Assembly (NCBI RefSeq): GCF_006345805.1 | Contig: NC_042998.1 | Location: forward strand, 133,796,001-133,860,000 | Length of the DNA stretch: 64,000 bases | Direction: 5' to 3' | Source: Octopus sinensis | Lineage: Eukaryota | Part shown: positions 1 through 12,988 of the stretch, one piece after another | Layout: each line of letters begins with the position of its first letter | Numbering within the stretch: position 1 is the first letter of the stretch | Notes under the pieces: model-generated | Database searches by the model: none | What the model saw: the letters and a program-made list of their open reading frames with translations, nothing else | Told to the model about the DNA's origin: nothing | Made by a program: the position numbers and the translations under genes

Positions 1-199
1 GTGTGTTTGTCCGTGTCTGTGTGTGTGTGTGTGTATGTATGTGTCTATTTGTGTATTAATTGTATATGTGCATATACATTGCATAGAAATTGCAGTGTAT
101 AACTTTATGCAACAGGGGACATGTAGGACAATGCAAATGCATTTGGAATAGCAATATTAAATGTTTTTCACTTTGTTGATGCTATTTCCATTGCTTTTC

Positions 200-501
200 C
201 TATTTGTTATTGTTGTTGTTGTTCTTATTATTGTTATTGTTCTTATTATTATTGATGTTCTTGCTCTTGTTGTTGTTGTTATTATAACTTGAACGGCTGT
301 GATTTCTTTTCTCTTTTTGTTACCCAATTGTTGTTACGGTGGCCGGAATTGCTGGTTTTTATTATTGTCGAATTTGTTGTCGCTGCTGCTGCTGCTGATG
401 CCGTTGCTGATGCTGTTGTTGCTGCTACTGCAGTTAGTATTGTTGCATAGCTCTAGTTGTTCTTGCATACATTGTTTCCATTGTTGTTGTTGTTGTTGTT
501 G

Positions 502-548
<47 letters not shown>

Positions 549-870
549 GGTGGTGGTGGTGGTGGTGATGATGATGATGATGATGATGATGACGACGACT
601 GCGATGACTACGGCGACGACGACGACGACGACGACAACGACGACGACGACGACGATGATGATGATGATGATGATGGTGAGGACGAGGAGGATGTCATTTT
701 TGTTCTTGTCCTTATTGTTTTTAGCGTTAATTGTTGGAAATGCTTCAATTATTGTTGCTGCTGCTAGTGTTGTTGTTGTTGTTGTTGTTGTACCGTTGTT
801 ACTGCAATTACTGTAATGTAGTAATTTATTTTGCTGTTAAAAGTGCTCCTATAATTGTTGTTGTTGCTGT
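200..870. repeat. Compound trinucleotide microsatellite (GTT/GCT/GAT/GGT/GAC)n
   Basis: Runs read directly; they explain the poly-L/M/V/D/G/T ORFs at 299-928. Confidence 0.95.
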
Positions 871-1465
871 TGTTGTGGTCGTTGGTTCTGCTACTAACGC
901 GGCTTCTAATCATATAACTATAACATAACTATGATACGAAATACATTGGTACACATACATATCTAAACAATAGCGCGGCAAACTAAACGCTTTACAATAT
1001 ACAGTTTTCTTGTTTCTACTTTCTGGGTTCGAATTCATCTGGAATTGGTTTTGCTCTTCATTTCATAGGATGATTACACTCGAGTATATTCTGAGTTCAA
1101 ATCCCACTGATTTTGGTGTGAATTTTGCCTTGTATTAGAATCAGTCTAATACATAATTACTTGATATGTTGTAAAAGAAGGCGGAAAATTGAAGCAGCTA
1201 AGAGGTTTCCTTAAAAATATTTAAGTTTATGTCAACTTATGAAGAAAATATAGCGACTGAATGTACTGCAATAACTTAGAGCGTCGGACAAAATAGCTTA
1301 CGGAATTTATTTCTGCTCTTTTTTTTGTCTTGAGTTCATATTTTGACGAAGTTAACAAATTAAAGTACTCATAGAATACTGGGGTTGATACAATCCGCTA
1401 TTGCCCTTCTTTAAATTTTTGTCTTAGTACCTATAATAGAAATTACTGTTGTTGTTATTGTTGTT

Positions 1466-2015
1466 AAGTGAGAAAGCAACTCGCGCCGTCAAAGTGACAC
1501 TGAACTACAAATTTTGGAAGCCCAGTATACATACCATGACTACCTGTCTGATAAGGGTACACCAGGTACATGCATCACAACCATATGTGCGCGACATAGT
1601 GATCTCATATCAAGATAAACAATGCATGACCCTGCATTTGGAGTCCAGTTAGAATTTTCTTCACGTTGAGTAGCCCATCCGGCTCAAAATGTACCTGAAT
1701 AGGGTTGTTTACGAATGATGAACGAAGCATCTGTGTTTCAAGAGGTGAATTGTGCAAACCCCAAAGAATTCCTCTAAACACAAGGATCTGATGCTCCCCC
1801 ACTAGTCCTGCTCGAAATCAGCGATGCACATGTCATCGGTCACTAAGTGACACACTCAACTGGCTAGGGTCAAGCAACTGACAAGCAAATCTGTGGTATT
1901 GAGCAGAATATTTGCTGTAGCCCATCTTTTATACCAAGACAAATCAATGTACGTGATAACACTTCCAATCAGTTAAGATCAGAAGCCATGAAAGCCACTG
2001 CTTGGTACTGCATCA
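1466..2015 (-). mobile_element. Family A ~550 bp non-coding retroposon, older full-length copy
   Basis: Collinear with copies at 23147-23695 and 38706-39263 (shared gtgacact...gatctcatatcaagataaac...gtactgcatca). Confidence 0.85.
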
Positions 2016-2534
2016 AACCATAAGCCACACCTAGTGAGCTGACAGAATTGTTAAGCGCCGATATTAATATTTTTGTTTTTGCTACATACAAAATAGTTTT
2101 TCAAACTCAATATTGCTGTACTAATGGTGTCTTCTACTTTTAGCAATCCTCTGCCTCCTTCCTTTCTTGATAGGTTGAGCTTGTCTGTTTTACTTTTAAG
2201 ATGATGTTCCATGTACATTGTGAGTTAGAGACATGTTTTTGTGGTTACAGTTGTTGGTAAGTTAGGACTGCCCTCATGATCCAACTTTTACTAAGCATTC
2301 AAGTTATGACAGCCATGCTATAAAGTATATCAGGGGCTACATTTCCCAATATATCTTCTTATATTAGAAGTTTGTAAAGAGGGGTTTTAAAAGAGTTTTA
2401 ACAGCAATTTCTTACAGTATAAGTGACCGGGGCAATTGCATATTATGAGTGAAATGACACTTTCAGACAGCAAAAGAATCTGAGAAGAGGGACAAATCTA
2501 ATAGATACATTATCAGCTGATGGTTCATTCAACT

Positions 2535-2925
2535 GACAAACACACTATCATATAATTTATATCATGAAACTAGTAGATATATTATTACCAAACGGTATCT
2601 ATTAAACCGTTCAACACATCACTTAATGGAAAATATTGTGAACACACTTTCTCCTAATGATATCAGTATAACTGAGAAACACGTCATTTTCTAAGAATGT
2701 CGGTAAATTGACAAACATAGTCACCTATTGATCTCTAAATCTGACATGCACTCTGTCATCTAAGGGTTGCAAGAAAACTGGTAGACACTCTATCACCTGA
2801 TGATATCTATAAAACTGATAGGCATCTAATATAAAACTAGTATATACACCTAATATATATTAATAAAACTGGTGGACATACTATAATTGGTATATGTGAA
2901 ACTCGTACATCATTATCAAATAGGT
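2535..2925 (+). repeat. Degenerate ~35-45 bp minisatellite (approx. acactatcacctaatgatatatataaaactggtag)
   Basis: Recurring cactatcacc...taaaact(g/a)gtag motif; two further units at ~4103-4185. Confidence 0.55.
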
Positions 2926-3098
2926 ATGTGTCATTTTGTGGACCGAATTAAAGTTTAAATTTAATTTCTTTGGCTGGATTGGAATAAATATTCTTAAAGA
3001 GGTCAAATTAAATGGCTAAATTTAATAGAGAAAACAAGGATTATGAGATGTTAGTATAGTTTGTGCACAAGGATGCGTGGGAAAATTCTTCTACATGG

Positions 3099-3203
<105 letters not shown>

Positions 3204-3454
3204 GTATATATATATATAGCTCTATAAAGAAAATAACGAAATAAATAGAACTTCAAATAGAAACATGGGAATGACCACGACGCTATGACTATCTTAGGAG
3301 TCTTTAGAACGAGATCTAAGATAGAAATTGTTCAAATGAAAGCAAACAATTAGCTTCAATGCTTGAAAGAATACTTATACTGTGTCTACAGCAAAATTCT
3401 TTCTGCATTGCTCATATCAGTAGAATCCATTACAACAAACATGTAATACATCTC

Positions 3455-3851
3455 GTTTCTACTCTAGGCACAAGGCCCTAAATTTTTGGGGGAAGGGGCC
3501 AGTCAATTAGATCCACCCCAGTACGCAACCGGTATTTAATTTATCAACTCGAAGAGGATGAAAGGCAAAGTCGACCTCGGTGGAATTTGAACTCAGAACA
3601 TAAAGACAGACGAAATACCTATTTCTTTACTGCCCACAAGGGGCTAAACACAGAGAGGACAAACAAGGACAGACAAACGGATTAAATCGATTACATTGAC
3701 CCCAATGCGTAACTGATACTTAATTTATCGACCCCGAAAGGATGAAAGGCAAAGTCGACCTCGGCGGAATTTGAACTCAGAACGTAACGGCAGACGAAAT
3801 ACGGCTACGCATTTCGCCCGGCGTGCTAACGTTTCTGCCAGCTCGCCGCCT
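3455..3851 (-). mobile_element. tRNA-derived SINE family B, dimeric long form
   Basis: On the minus strand: head ggcggcgagctggcagaa (A-box-like), gagttcaaattcc (B-box), core gtcgactttgcctttcatcctttcggggtcgataaattaagtacc present twice; flanked by imperfect TSD acatgtaa..at.tct. Confidence 0.9.
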
Positions 3852-6800
3852 TACATGTAAATATATCTAGAAAGAGAAACACTCATGTTTGGCCCGTTGA
3901 TTGAGAAAGCAAAATATTGCCTAAAGTGCATTTATTTGATTAATTTCAACCAATATTAAGCACGGCTTTAGTCAGACTGCGACTCAGAACGCATGCCGTC
4001 GATACATATTCTACAGAATATTTAAAGTAACATTTTTTGTATAAAATTGAACTAGAGGCCGTATGTTTGACAAACCGGACCTAAAAGTATCTATATTGCT
4101 GTTAGATACACTATCACCTAATGGTATATATAAAACTGATAGACACACTATCACCAAGTAGTACTGGGGAAACTAGTAAACAAATAACAGAGAGGGATGA
4201 AATAAAATGGAAGATAGACAACAAGCCAACAGTAAGAAGAAATGGGATTATTCTAATGGAATATGTAAAATAGGTAGACAGAACATACTGAAATTGCATG
4301 GGTACATTCGGTAGACAAATAGATGTTACGGAATTTGTATCATAATTATTTGTATATAGCTGCATCTGTGAACATATTTTTAGAGTAAATCACAGTTCTT
4401 AGGATAGACGTCTCTACAGAATTTTGCAGAATTTATCTATCCTCAAAAGTCACACGTAATTCTGAATAATAAGAATCTCAATGTATATGTTTTGTAGGAT
4501 CTTTTAACATTAGTGAAGTTTGTCTTATGTTTTGTCTTACACTCTAAGATTTAACAGGTAGGCAAATCACCACACATGCACTCAATGAACAAGATACAAA
4601 CACAAATGGATACTCACAGAAATATATACATACTTACAAGCATATATGTGTGTGTGTGTATGCATGTAGGTATGTACATATATATATATGCAGACTTACA
4701 CACAGACATAAACAAGCACAAATACCTACATATATATGTATGCATGTATGTATGTATGTATTTATGCATGTATACATGTATGCATGTATGTATGTATGTT
4801 TGTATGTATGTAAGTGCTAGTGACATCGTCATTCCTATGTTTATATTTGAGATTCTATTTGTTTCGTTATTTTCCTTATATATAGATAATTATCAGCAAG
4901 GAACATTTCTCAATGAAAATAAAGATAAAGTTATATATATTCATCTAATTATATAATATAACACGACAAAAAATAAGCAATAAAAAAACGCTGTAATTTT
5001 TCTCTGTCTGAGGTAATTTTTCTTTCGTTTCTTTATTTTATCTTGCCTTGTTTTATATATGTGGAACTTACTTCTAGTCGACTGAATGACAAATTGACTT
5101 TCAAAATAGAATTCTTTCTTTCGAAAATAATTTCAGAATTCGGCAGTAAAATACTGCATAACTTGGAATCTTTATATTCATGAAGAGGCTTAATCGGCTT
5201 GAAAAACAAAATAAATAAATAAATCAGCGACATAAAAATAAAAGCTATATACACACTCCAGGCTCAGTACGCTGGAATAAATCTATTAGACATAAAACAA
5301 CAGTGCTGCTTTATCTGAAGACCGGTAAAGTAAAAAAGAAATGGAGTAGGCTCGTCAGCGAACGGTTGGTTGGTATTCTGTAAATCTTTATCGTTCTCGT
5401 TCGTTCCTTGTACAAACACAAAACAAGGATAACTTCAAAAACTTATGCATATACATATACTATAATATACATACATATATGCATACATATCTACACACAT
5501 ACAGAGATACACACACACACAAAAACACACATACACACACATATATATACATGTAGACATGAATATATTATATACATATGTATGTGTGTGTGTGTGTGGT
5601 GTGTGTGTGTGTTGTGTGTGTGTGTCTGTGTGTCTGTGTGTGTGTGTATGTGTGTGTGTGTGTGTGTTGCTCGTTTTCGAGCACGACTTTCAAAGGAAAT
5701 ATTTCACAGAAGGTCTGAGAGTTTGTGGCAGCATTTTTAGTTTGATGTATGTTTTTACAAATGTAAGTTAAATAAAAATGTAAAGAATAAAAAGAAATTC
5801 TTACAAAAATGTTCCTAAAATATCTTCGAAACGGAATTTCTGACTAATCGCTTCTGATACCTATTTACAAGGAAAGAAGAACATCATTCTTTAAAAGAAA
5901 TGGCTAATGTAAGAGAAAGGAGTGCTACCACAGAATTGTTTGTGTGATTTGTGTAGTGTTCTTCAATCTTTCAATAGTAGAATCGATAAGGCTACGGCCA
6001 GAGTTGAGCAGATTCCACCTAGTCGTTGATCCATCAGCTAAAGTTATCTTAATGAGAAACCAAACAAACATGTTGAACCATTGGACATACGCAAATATGA
6101 CACAGAAGGCAATTAATGTTCAAATGTAAAGGCAGTGCACTGCTATGGCATTAGCTGTATTAGCTAAAACTAATTAAAGAACTAAAAAGAAAATAGAGAG
6201 AGTGAGAAAGAAAGAAAGAACGAAAGAAAGAAAGAGAGCGAGAGAGAGATAGGTTGGTAGGTAGGCAGGTAAGCAGGCAGGCAAAGTAGACGGGATACAA
6301 ACCGGCACCGAGAGAGAAAATTTTTGTTTTATATTTACAAGCATTTATTCGGTGCCCATAATTCTTTCCCTACGCTTTAAAACGATCCCTCGTGGACAGA
6401 ACGTATCATAGAGACGCGCGCGCGCACTCACACACACATACACAAACATACACAAACATACACACTCACACACACGTATGTGTATGTATATGTTTATAAG
6501 TGTGTGTATTTACATTCATGTGCACTTATATGCAGATGTGTGTACATATACTCTCTCTTTCACACACACACACACACACATACGAAACTGTTGCCTGATT
6601 CTGCCTCATTCTTCAGACATTGATGTGTCGAAACCGAGTAAAAAGTACAGCATAGTACCATATATGCATCCTCTTTATATCGATATATTGTGCCTTTTTT
6701 TCCCACATAGACTTTTGACATAGACAGCATAGTATGCGCATACACAACGATAGTGACGCGGGCAGCAGAAGCAGTGTGCCTCGTTACCCGTACATGCTCA

Positions 6801-7009
6801 AGGATCCATAAGCAATAAATATTAAATTTATATTTTAGATGGCATTAGATTTGTTTTAATCTCTATCACCTGCATTCTTATAGAGCCATCTTAAATAATT
6901 CAACTACGTCCGACATATTGGGTTAAAATCAGATAACTTTATAAACAGACATAAACATTTCCTCTTACAATACATTTTAGCATTTAAACACAAAAATAAG
7001 GTTACCCAC

Positions 7010-7042
<33 letters not shown>

Positions 7043-7471
7043 TTTGTGAAAGAGAGAGGAGGGTATGCTTTTGTACATTCGACTAATAGATTCTTTCATA
7101 CTTCTTTCACATCCCAAGACGAGATAGAATGTGTTAGGTGATACACATCATATCTTGTTATAGTATATATCTATTCACATTTAAGATGTTTTGCGAGATC
7201 ACAAATTCATCACCGTACTTCACTAGTAACTCATTTTTCTGAAACTGGAAGGATGAAAGGCAAAGTTAACCCCTTGGGTATTCGATCTCTGAAAGTAATG
7301 ATCTTTGGCTGCTATAATTATTTTTTCTATACAGCTACATTGTCTAATGTGTACTTTCTAATTTAAGACGGTTGGGTATAATCTGAGCACTAATTCGTTT
7401 AACCCCTTTCCCCACCTCTAAATTTGTTTCGACTAAAAGTAAATGAACTTTTTAATGAAATTATAACTTTT

Positions 7472-7841
7472 AAACAATTGCAGCGTGGAAGGTGTTTATA
7501 AGCCATTTAAGAAACACGCAAAACCGTTAGATTCACTTCAACATTTAAATTTAATTTGTCAAAATATTTTCGTCGCTTTGAGACCGCGACCTGTTCACTA
7601 ACAAAATTCCGTGATGCATCAAAATTCCATGCTGCTCAGATGCAGCACGAAGTTTTGTCAGTGAACAGGTCGCGGTCTCAAAGCGACGAAAATATTTTGA
7701 CAAATTAAATTTAAATGTTGAAGTGAATCTAACAGTTTTGTGTTTCTTAAATGGCTTACAAACACCTTCCACGCTGCAATTGTTTTCGTTCCAGCGCACG
7801 ATCTCAGATCAAGTCACTCGCTATGCAAGTACATCTCCGTA
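7472..7841. mobile_element. Tc1/mariner-type fold-back MITE, left end truncated
   Basis: ~150 bp inverted arms over 7472-7785; right terminus gctatgcaagtacatctccg-TA; the same terminus recurs at ~61980-62001. Confidence 0.8.
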
Positions 7842-7989
7842 ACTTTTAAACATTTATAACAAAAACAAAGTTTAAATAGCGAAATGACTTCATGAAAGGA
7901 AACAAACTAAAGCAAAAAAAAAATTGAAATAACTTTGAAACATCGGAAAATTATTTAAAAATACTTCTTTTTAATTTTGGAACAAAACT

Positions 7990-8160
7990 AGTAATTTTCA
8001 GGTGAGGGGTAAATCGATTATATCAGGGCTCAACTGGTACTTATTTTATCGATCACGAAAGGTTGAAAAACAAAGTCGACCACGGTGAAATTTTGATTCA
8101 AAGCGTAAAGAAACGAAAGAAATGCTGTTAAGCATTTTGTTTGGAGTGGTAATCATTCTG
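7990..8160 (-). mobile_element. SINE B, degenerate
   Basis: ttatcgatcacgaaaggttgaaaaacaaagtcgaccacggtgaaatttt matches the family core. Confidence 0.75.
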
Positions 8161-8872
8161 AAAGTCTTTGAAAGTTGTAAGATTGCAAAATGTAAGCTAA
8201 TCAACGCTCATTGGTGGCCGGAACAGACAAAGGGATGTATTTAGGTAGAAAGATGTCTACAAGATGTAGGATAGGTGGTAATTACAGTAAAAGACAGTTG
8301 TAGAGAATGGGTGAGACTTCTAGCAAAAAGTTTTTAAAATGAACATATTAGCAACATTTATATGAAAATATATTCAAATTGGAAATTTTGAGAATTTAAT
8401 GGAACTTGTGAATGAACCAAAAGCTGGTGTAGAGTAATGGTTTCGTGCACAATTATACATACATTAGCAACGACATGAAATTTTATAGGTAAGTTATATG
8501 GAAATTAATTTAATGATGATGAAAGAATATCGTGAATATGCATTTAGAGAAAGGAATTTCTTGTAAAATAAAATATTTTTTGAAATAAGTAAAAATCACG
8601 TTCGGTTAAAAATAGCAGTAACGTCGATTCCTACGGAACAACCATGTTTAAGTGACAGTAAACATTACTTCTCAGTATAGTTACTGCTTTCATCTCTTGT
8701 CAGATCAGTGACTGGTTGTCACTTACTTTACTATACATTGCTTGTTGCAAGTTCAGTGACTGTGTGTTACTTCATTTCTATGTATTGCGTGCTGGAGTGA
8801 ACTACTGGTATCTCTACTAGACGAGTATCCACCAACGAGGAACTAGCTATCCATCACATAGCAATCGAATAC

Positions 8873-9106
8873 CTATTTCTTTACTACCCACAAGGGGCTA
8901 AACACAGAGAGGACAAACAAGGACAGACAAACGGATTAAGTCGATTATATCGACCCCAGTGTGTAACTGGTACTTAATTTATCGACCCCGAAAGGATGAA
9001 AGGCAAAGTCGACCTCGGCGGAATTTGAACTCAGAACGTAACGGCAGACGAAATACGGCTATGCATTTCGCCCGGCGTGCCAACGTTTCTGCCAGCTCGC
9101 CGCCTT
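8873..9106 (-). mobile_element. SINE B, young monomeric form with 16 bp TSD
   Basis: Near-consensus copy; catagcaatcgaatac repeated at 8857-8872 and 9107-9122. Confidence 0.95.
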
Positions 9107-9293
9107 CATAGCAATCGAATACTGAGGAGTGTAATGCAGTGTTGCATGCAAATGAAATCCAAGAGATCCAATCCATGAAATTGTTTCATGAGTATATAAA
9201 CCATAAAAAATTCATGAAGTATTAGAGAAGAATATAATCATCCTTAAATACAGATTAGCCTCTCATGTCTCCTGACATTTTACGGTTTATGCT

Positions 9294-9383
<90 letters not shown>

Positions 9384-9389
9384 ATATAT

Positions 9390-10010
9390 GCAAATTAAGG
9401 GGGTTTAGTTCACAGGTGATCGAAACGATTAAGTACGCTAGGTAGGTGCTGTAAGTGATTCCTAGCGCTCCAAGGTTATAGCCAAGACGGTAGTTATAGA
9501 GTTATTGCAGATTTCCGATGCAGCGGATATATAATTGCTAAACAGGACAGCACACATTAAGGCAAGGCAATGATCTCAAGTCGTATACAATTTATTATCA
9601 TAGGAATTCCTTCTAATAATAATATTGTATATGACTTGAGATGTTTGCCTTGCTTTAATGTTTGCTGTCCTGTTTAAAAATTATATATATATATATATAT
9701 AATATATATATATGCAAATTAAGGGGGTTTAGTTCACAGGTGATCGAAACGATTAAGTACGCTAGGTAGGTGCTGTAAGTGATTCCCTCCGCTCCAAGGT
9801 TATAGCCAAACGGTAGTTATAGAGTTATTGCAGATTTCCGATGCAGCGGATATATAATTGCTAAACAGGACAGCACACATTAAGGCAAGGCAATGATCTC
9901 AAGTCGTATACAATATTATTATCATAGGAATTCCTTCTAATAATAATATTGTATATGACTTGAGATGTTTGCCTTGCTTTAATGTTTGCTGTCCTGTTTA
10001 AAAATTATAT
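9390..10010. repeat. Tandem duplication (period 324 bp) of a unit with an internal inverted repeat, separated by (TA)n
   Basis: gcaaattaagggggtttagttc starts at 9390 and 9714; arms 9540-9591 and 9624-9675 are reverse complements. Confidence 0.9.
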
Positions 10011-10602
10011 ATATATTATATATATATATATAGTATATTATTATATAATATATATAATATACAATTATTTAAGAGGACAACAAACGTTAAGGCAAGGCAA
10101 ACATCTCAAGTCATATACATTATTATTATTGGAAAAAATTCAAAGTCTTACAGCTGTTTCTAGGATATCTGCATTACTCAAAAATATAGTTCCACTTGAA
10201 ACGATCGTACGGTATTACTACTTGATATCCTGTTGCTTATTTTGATTATATATATATATATGTGCGTGTGTGTGTATGTGCGTGTGTGTGTGTGTATTTA
10301 TATATATGTATGTATAATCAAAATAAGCAACGGAATATCAAGTAGTAATGCAGTACGACCATTTTAAGTGAGCAATGCAATCATTAAATCAATTTAAATA
10401 CAGGGCTATCTTCAGCTGCGCATAAAATTTTTATATGAAACTTCAACAGGTAGGATACATTAATATAATTTTATTTTAAATATTTTATTCACCTTACTTC
10501 GAGTTGTGCGGATAATACCGGACTGACTTGGTGCTTCAACTTAAGTACCTAATTCAACTGAATCTTAATTACTTCTTATATATACTTATATATATATATA
10601 TA

Positions 10603-10669
<67 letters not shown>

Positions 10670-10677
<8 letters not shown>

Positions 10678-11435
10678 TATATAGAGGGTACTATTATTCA
10701 TAGGTACCGCACGCTAGGAGGGACTCTTGCAGTCAAACTACTAAAGTCAAAACTTTAGTAGTTTTTTTAGTAGTTTTGACTGCAAGAGTCCCTCCTAGCG
10801 TGCGGTACCTATGAATAATAGTACCCTCTATATAATATAAATAAATAATTTCAAAGTGGAAAAATTTACAGATTTTTTCTCTTACGAGGTTTTTCACGCT
10901 AACTACTGATAATATCTTATAAAGATTTTATCCTTAATTTTAAATTTATATTTTTCACCGGAATAGTTCAATACTGAATTTTTGTTCCGAATAGGCAGAT
11001 TGTTACCGAAATGCATTGCGAATAAGCCCGCCATTTTCATAGATATCTAAAGATAAACATTCGTACATGCTACGACGAATTCTACGGTTGGCTGTCGGGT
11101 ATGCTATATTGTGTTTTTTACTTACATGTCTTGAGTTCGTTGCACTGAAGAGCATAGAATGCATATTCTGCATTGATTGCGAAATCACAGGTGATATGTA
11201 ACTAAATTCTGTTTTTAAATGACTTGCTTTGAAGTTTTGCATTCGGTACAATTTGTTTATTTTAGTAGGTTTGACTGCAAGAGTCTCTCCTAGCGTGTGG
11301 TACCTATGAATAATAGTACCCTCTATATAATATAAATAAATATTTTCAAAGTGGAAAAATTTACAGATTTTTTCTCTTACGAGGTTTTTCACGCTAACTA
11401 CTGATAATTTCTTATAAAGATTTTATCCTTAATTT

Positions 11436-11440
<5 letters not shown>
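10670..11440 (+). mobile_element. Non-coding Penelope pLTR-like / retrozyme-like element: 495 bp period partial tandem with inverted 5' end
   Basis: ttgactgcaagagtc at 10776 and 11271; 10670-10745 is the reverse complement of 10766-10842; contains a hammerhead motif; (TA)n at both ends. Confidence 0.8.
11139..11202 (+). ncRNA. Type I hammerhead ribozyme motif
   Basis: GTTGCA-CTGAAGA-GCA..TGC-GAAA-TCAC-AG-GTGA-TA-TGTAAC; stems I, II and III pair; AUA cleavage triplet. Confidence 0.8.
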
Positions 11441-11494
<54 letters not shown>

Positions 11495-11513
11495 ATATAT
11501 ATATATATATTAT

Positions 11514-11561
<48 letters not shown>

Positions 11562-12393
11562 TATACATACACACACATACACACATATCGTACATGTGTG
11601 TGTATGTTTGTGCATGTGTGTCTGCGTGTGCAGCGGGTACACGATTTCTGTAAACCAAATTTACTCACAGAGTATTGGTAGGGACTAGGGCATAATAAAA
11701 TGCAAACAGACATTCTGGGCCTGTATGTTATTTTATGAAAACAGTAATTTATCGAGTTAAAACCTCAGTTTGAATTCATATGTTCATCTGTCTTAGAACT
11801 GAAGTAAGAATAATAATTAACATCTCTTTTCAGTGATTCTGTTTCAAACGTTATAAAGCGGTAGATGTTTTTCTCTGCTCAATCAGTAAAGTGATTAACC
11901 ATTAGAATAGTATAATGAAATAACCTTTGAAGATCGTGAAGACTAGTATTGTCTAAGAGAAATAACACGAATTTTTTTTAGCACTGTTTCTTTATTATCG
12001 TTTTAGAAATTTATTCTATCACTAATTCTTTTTTTAAAGAAATATAAATTTGAGCATTGAAATCTGACAACATTACACTGTTCAAAAATAGATAGCGCAA
12101 CGATATCAATATCTTGACTGTAAAACATTTAACACTATATCAACTGACGGCATGAAAATATATAGGAATGATACAAACATTAGACAGCGACAGCAAGAAT
12201 AATAATGTAATGATGTGGATTGAGACGATGATGATGATGAGGAGGAGGAGGAGGAGGGGGAGGAGGAGAAGGATAATAATCATAATAATAATAATAATAA
12301 TAATATAATAATAATAATAATAATAATAACAATAATAATAATAATAAAAATATAATAATAATATAATATAATAATAATAATAATAATAATAAT

Positions 12394-12835
12394 ATATTCT
12401 GCTCAATACCACAGATTTGCTTGTCAGTTGTTTTTGACATTAACAGTTGAGCAGGTCCCTTAGTGGCTGACGATATGTGCATCTCTGATCACGAGCAGAA
12501 GTAGTGGGGGAGATCATAGCCATGTGTTGAGAGGGATTCTTTGGGGTTGATAGTTCACCTCTGGAAACATGGGTGGTTCTTTCAACATCCTTAAGCACCC
12601 ATCAGGGAACCGTTTGAGCGGGATGGGCTACTCAACCTGAAGAAAATTCTAACTGGGCCCCACCTGCAAGGTATGTGCTGTTTATCTTGATATGAGATCA
12701 CCATGTCGCGCACAATATGGTTGTGATGCATGTGCCTGGTGTACCTTTATCAGACGGGTAGTCATGAGGGTATATTGGGCTTCGTATATTTTACCCCATG
12801 TCACTTTGATGGCATGAACTGCTCTCTCACTCAAT
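12394..12835 (+). mobile_element. Family A retroposon, 5'-truncated copy with (AAT)n tail
   Basis: Reverse complement of the 38706-39263 copy from atattctgctc to ctctctcactc; (AAT)n on both sides. Confidence 0.9.
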
Positions 12836-12988
12836 CATAATAATAATAATAATAATAAGTTTTGTCTTGGTATAAGAGATGAGTTACAGCAAAGATATAT
12901 TCTCAACACAAAAAAAATATCAGAAATAGAAATAGAACATCTAAAAGAAAAAATACACCAGGAAAATGTAGATAGAAGCCACACAACA

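Noticed and set aside
299-928. ORFs with poly-L/M/V/D/G/T
   Set aside because: Translations of trinucleotide microsatellites open in several frames; the same applies to most YI/CV/ER/LS-rich ORFs in the track
5925-6129. Open frames on both strands as a possible exon
   Set aside because: About 60 codons, no consistent splice-site pair and no recognisable domain
6605-6650. Hammerhead-like gaca..tgtc-GAAACCGAGTA
   Set aside because: The upstream core reads CTTCAGA rather than CTGANGA and stem I does not pair; at most a relic
8990-9106. tRNA gene
   Set aside because: A/B-box-like motifs belong to SINE heads; no complete cloverleaf
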